Of a stretch of 64,000 nucleotides of DNA, positions 62,599-64,000 are shown in pieces. Each line of letters starts with the position of its first letter. The stretch's first letter is position 1. The DNA lies in the NCBI GenBank assembly GCA_032718475.1, contig JAUCBJ010006853.1, positions 1 through 64,000 of the forward strand. Reading direction: 5' to 3'. The translations under genes and the position numbers were made by a program. The notes under the pieces are model-generated. The model saw nothing but the letters and a program-made list of their open reading frames with translations. It ran no database searches and had not been told where the DNA came from. The DNA is from Nemertoderma westbladi. Taxonomy: Eukaryota; Animalia; Xenacoelomorpha.

Positions 62599-63575
62599 TA
62601 ATTATCACACCAAACAAGATTTGCCTGGCACAGGGCAACAGATCATCAAAAAACCAATTACATTACCTCAGTTGATAGTGCCCTAAATGGCATTCATTCA
62701 CCCTCGATGATAGCGATTACTCACCCTCAGCTCTAAATGATGCCGCTGTAAGAATGAGAGACGCTATAGTAGCCAGTGCTCTTGCCAATATTCCCATTAT
62801 CAAACCTGCTCGGCTTTCAAAGAACCTCCGAATTCGGTCAACTTTGCTGCAGAGTAGGAGCCGTGTCACTAAGGACCTGTACGAACTGTGGCAGGACCGC
62901 GGAAAACATCCCACCGATCCTATAGCTGAACAATTTAAAGCGTCTAAGAGATCTACACGTCGGCTCAATAACTTTCTCACGAAAAATCTGGTTGCGGACT
63001 CTGTAAATAAATGGTCAGGTCAGATAGACTCAAACCCCCGCAGATTCTGGTCCAATATCACGACCAAGATCCAACACAACTCAACCCCTGAATTGCAGGA
63101 GAAACTTTACAGCTATTATCAATCTAAATCTCAAGGCTCGGTCTTATCTGCCACCAAGAGGGATGATACTCTACTTCAGGAAAAACTCACCAACGCATGT
63201 AGGAACTCGCCTCTCCCAAATATTTCACCACTGACTGTAAAGAGCTCTATCCTATCTCTGGCAAGAGGTAAAGCCTGTGACTCCTCTTAACTCATAGTCG
63301 AGAACCTTCTGAACATAAACCCTGAACTGTTGTGCAACCTTTTAGCTAATATATATAACCTCTGCATTGAGCTAAAAACTGTCCCCTCTCAATTCGGACG
63401 TAGTGCCCTCAGTAGCCTATATAAGGGTAAAGGCAAAGATCCGCGCAAGCCTTCATCCTATAGACCAATCTCATCTATCAACATATTCGCCAAGATCCTT
63501 GAACACATTATCCTTGCAAAGTACTTATACACCTGCATCACCCATACAAACCAGACTGCATACAAAAAGGGTCAA

Positions 63576-64000
63576 TAGGAAGGTTAGTAAATATGGTGTA
63601 CTCAGTTTTCTTCAGGTTTAGTAATAGTTTATTGTCACGTAACCAGTCGTAGATTTTTGTTAATTCACTGTTTGTACTAGATATTAATGAGTGGATATCA
63701 CGATGTGAGTTGAGTAGAGTTGTGTCGTCAGCGAAAAGTGTACTAAGTAAGTTTGTTGCTTTGGGTAAGTCATTAATAAAAATGAGAAATAGTATGGTAG
63801 AGAGGACCGATCCCTGGGGGACACCACAAATGATAGGTAATAAAGTTGAATTAATGCCGTCAATGGAGACAAATTGTTTGCGATTATAGAGGAAACTCGA
63901 AATAAGTTGAAGGGGTAGGCCTCTGATACCATAGGTCTCAAGCTTATTAATAAGGATTTTGTGGTCTATGGTATCAAAGGCCTTTTTAATGTCAATGTAT
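63576..64000 (-). mobile_element. L2/CR1-group LINE RT fragment running off the window end
   Basis: Manual translation: YIDIKKAFDTIDHKILINKLETYGIRG...GVPQGSVLSTILFLIFINDL...LFADDTTL...WLRDNKLLLNLKKT. Confidence 0.9.

Larger units (their letters stand above)
59862..63575 (+). mobile_element. Duplicate of LINE segment 58471-59490, split by two tandem Helentron-like elements
   Basis: 59862-59910 matches 58471-58519. 62599-63575 matches 58515-59490, and ORF 62754-63290 is nearly identical in protein. Confidence 0.9.

Overview
This is a repeat-saturated, AT-rich eukaryotic window, most likely from an invertebrate animal. It has no prokaryotic operons or CRISPR arrays. The only host-like coding content is a minus-strand immune-type locus: an ORF with a Roco COR domain followed by two CARD/death-fold domains (8878-10590), and a diverged partial copy with a nonsense codon (4080-4926). 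The two are joined by a 4-kb 36-bp minisatellite grown from the ORF's own C-terminal tail. The rest is tandem arrays (30, 36, 76, 48, 30 and 30 bp units) and nested mobile DNA. That includes Helentron/DINE-like non-autonomous elements, hAT, Mutator-like and IS3EU-like MITEs, RTE, CR1, L2 and RTEX-like LINE fragments, solo LTRs, and an 11.4-kb BEL/Pao element that encodes only Gag and protease and has a triplicated 3' end. The most unexplained object is a 1.36-kb non-coding, hairpin-rich insert (11151-12518). It is flanked by AGGTA direct repeats and ends in the conserved 28S rDNA R2/I-PpoI target sequence. All calls were made by eye; no database searches were run.
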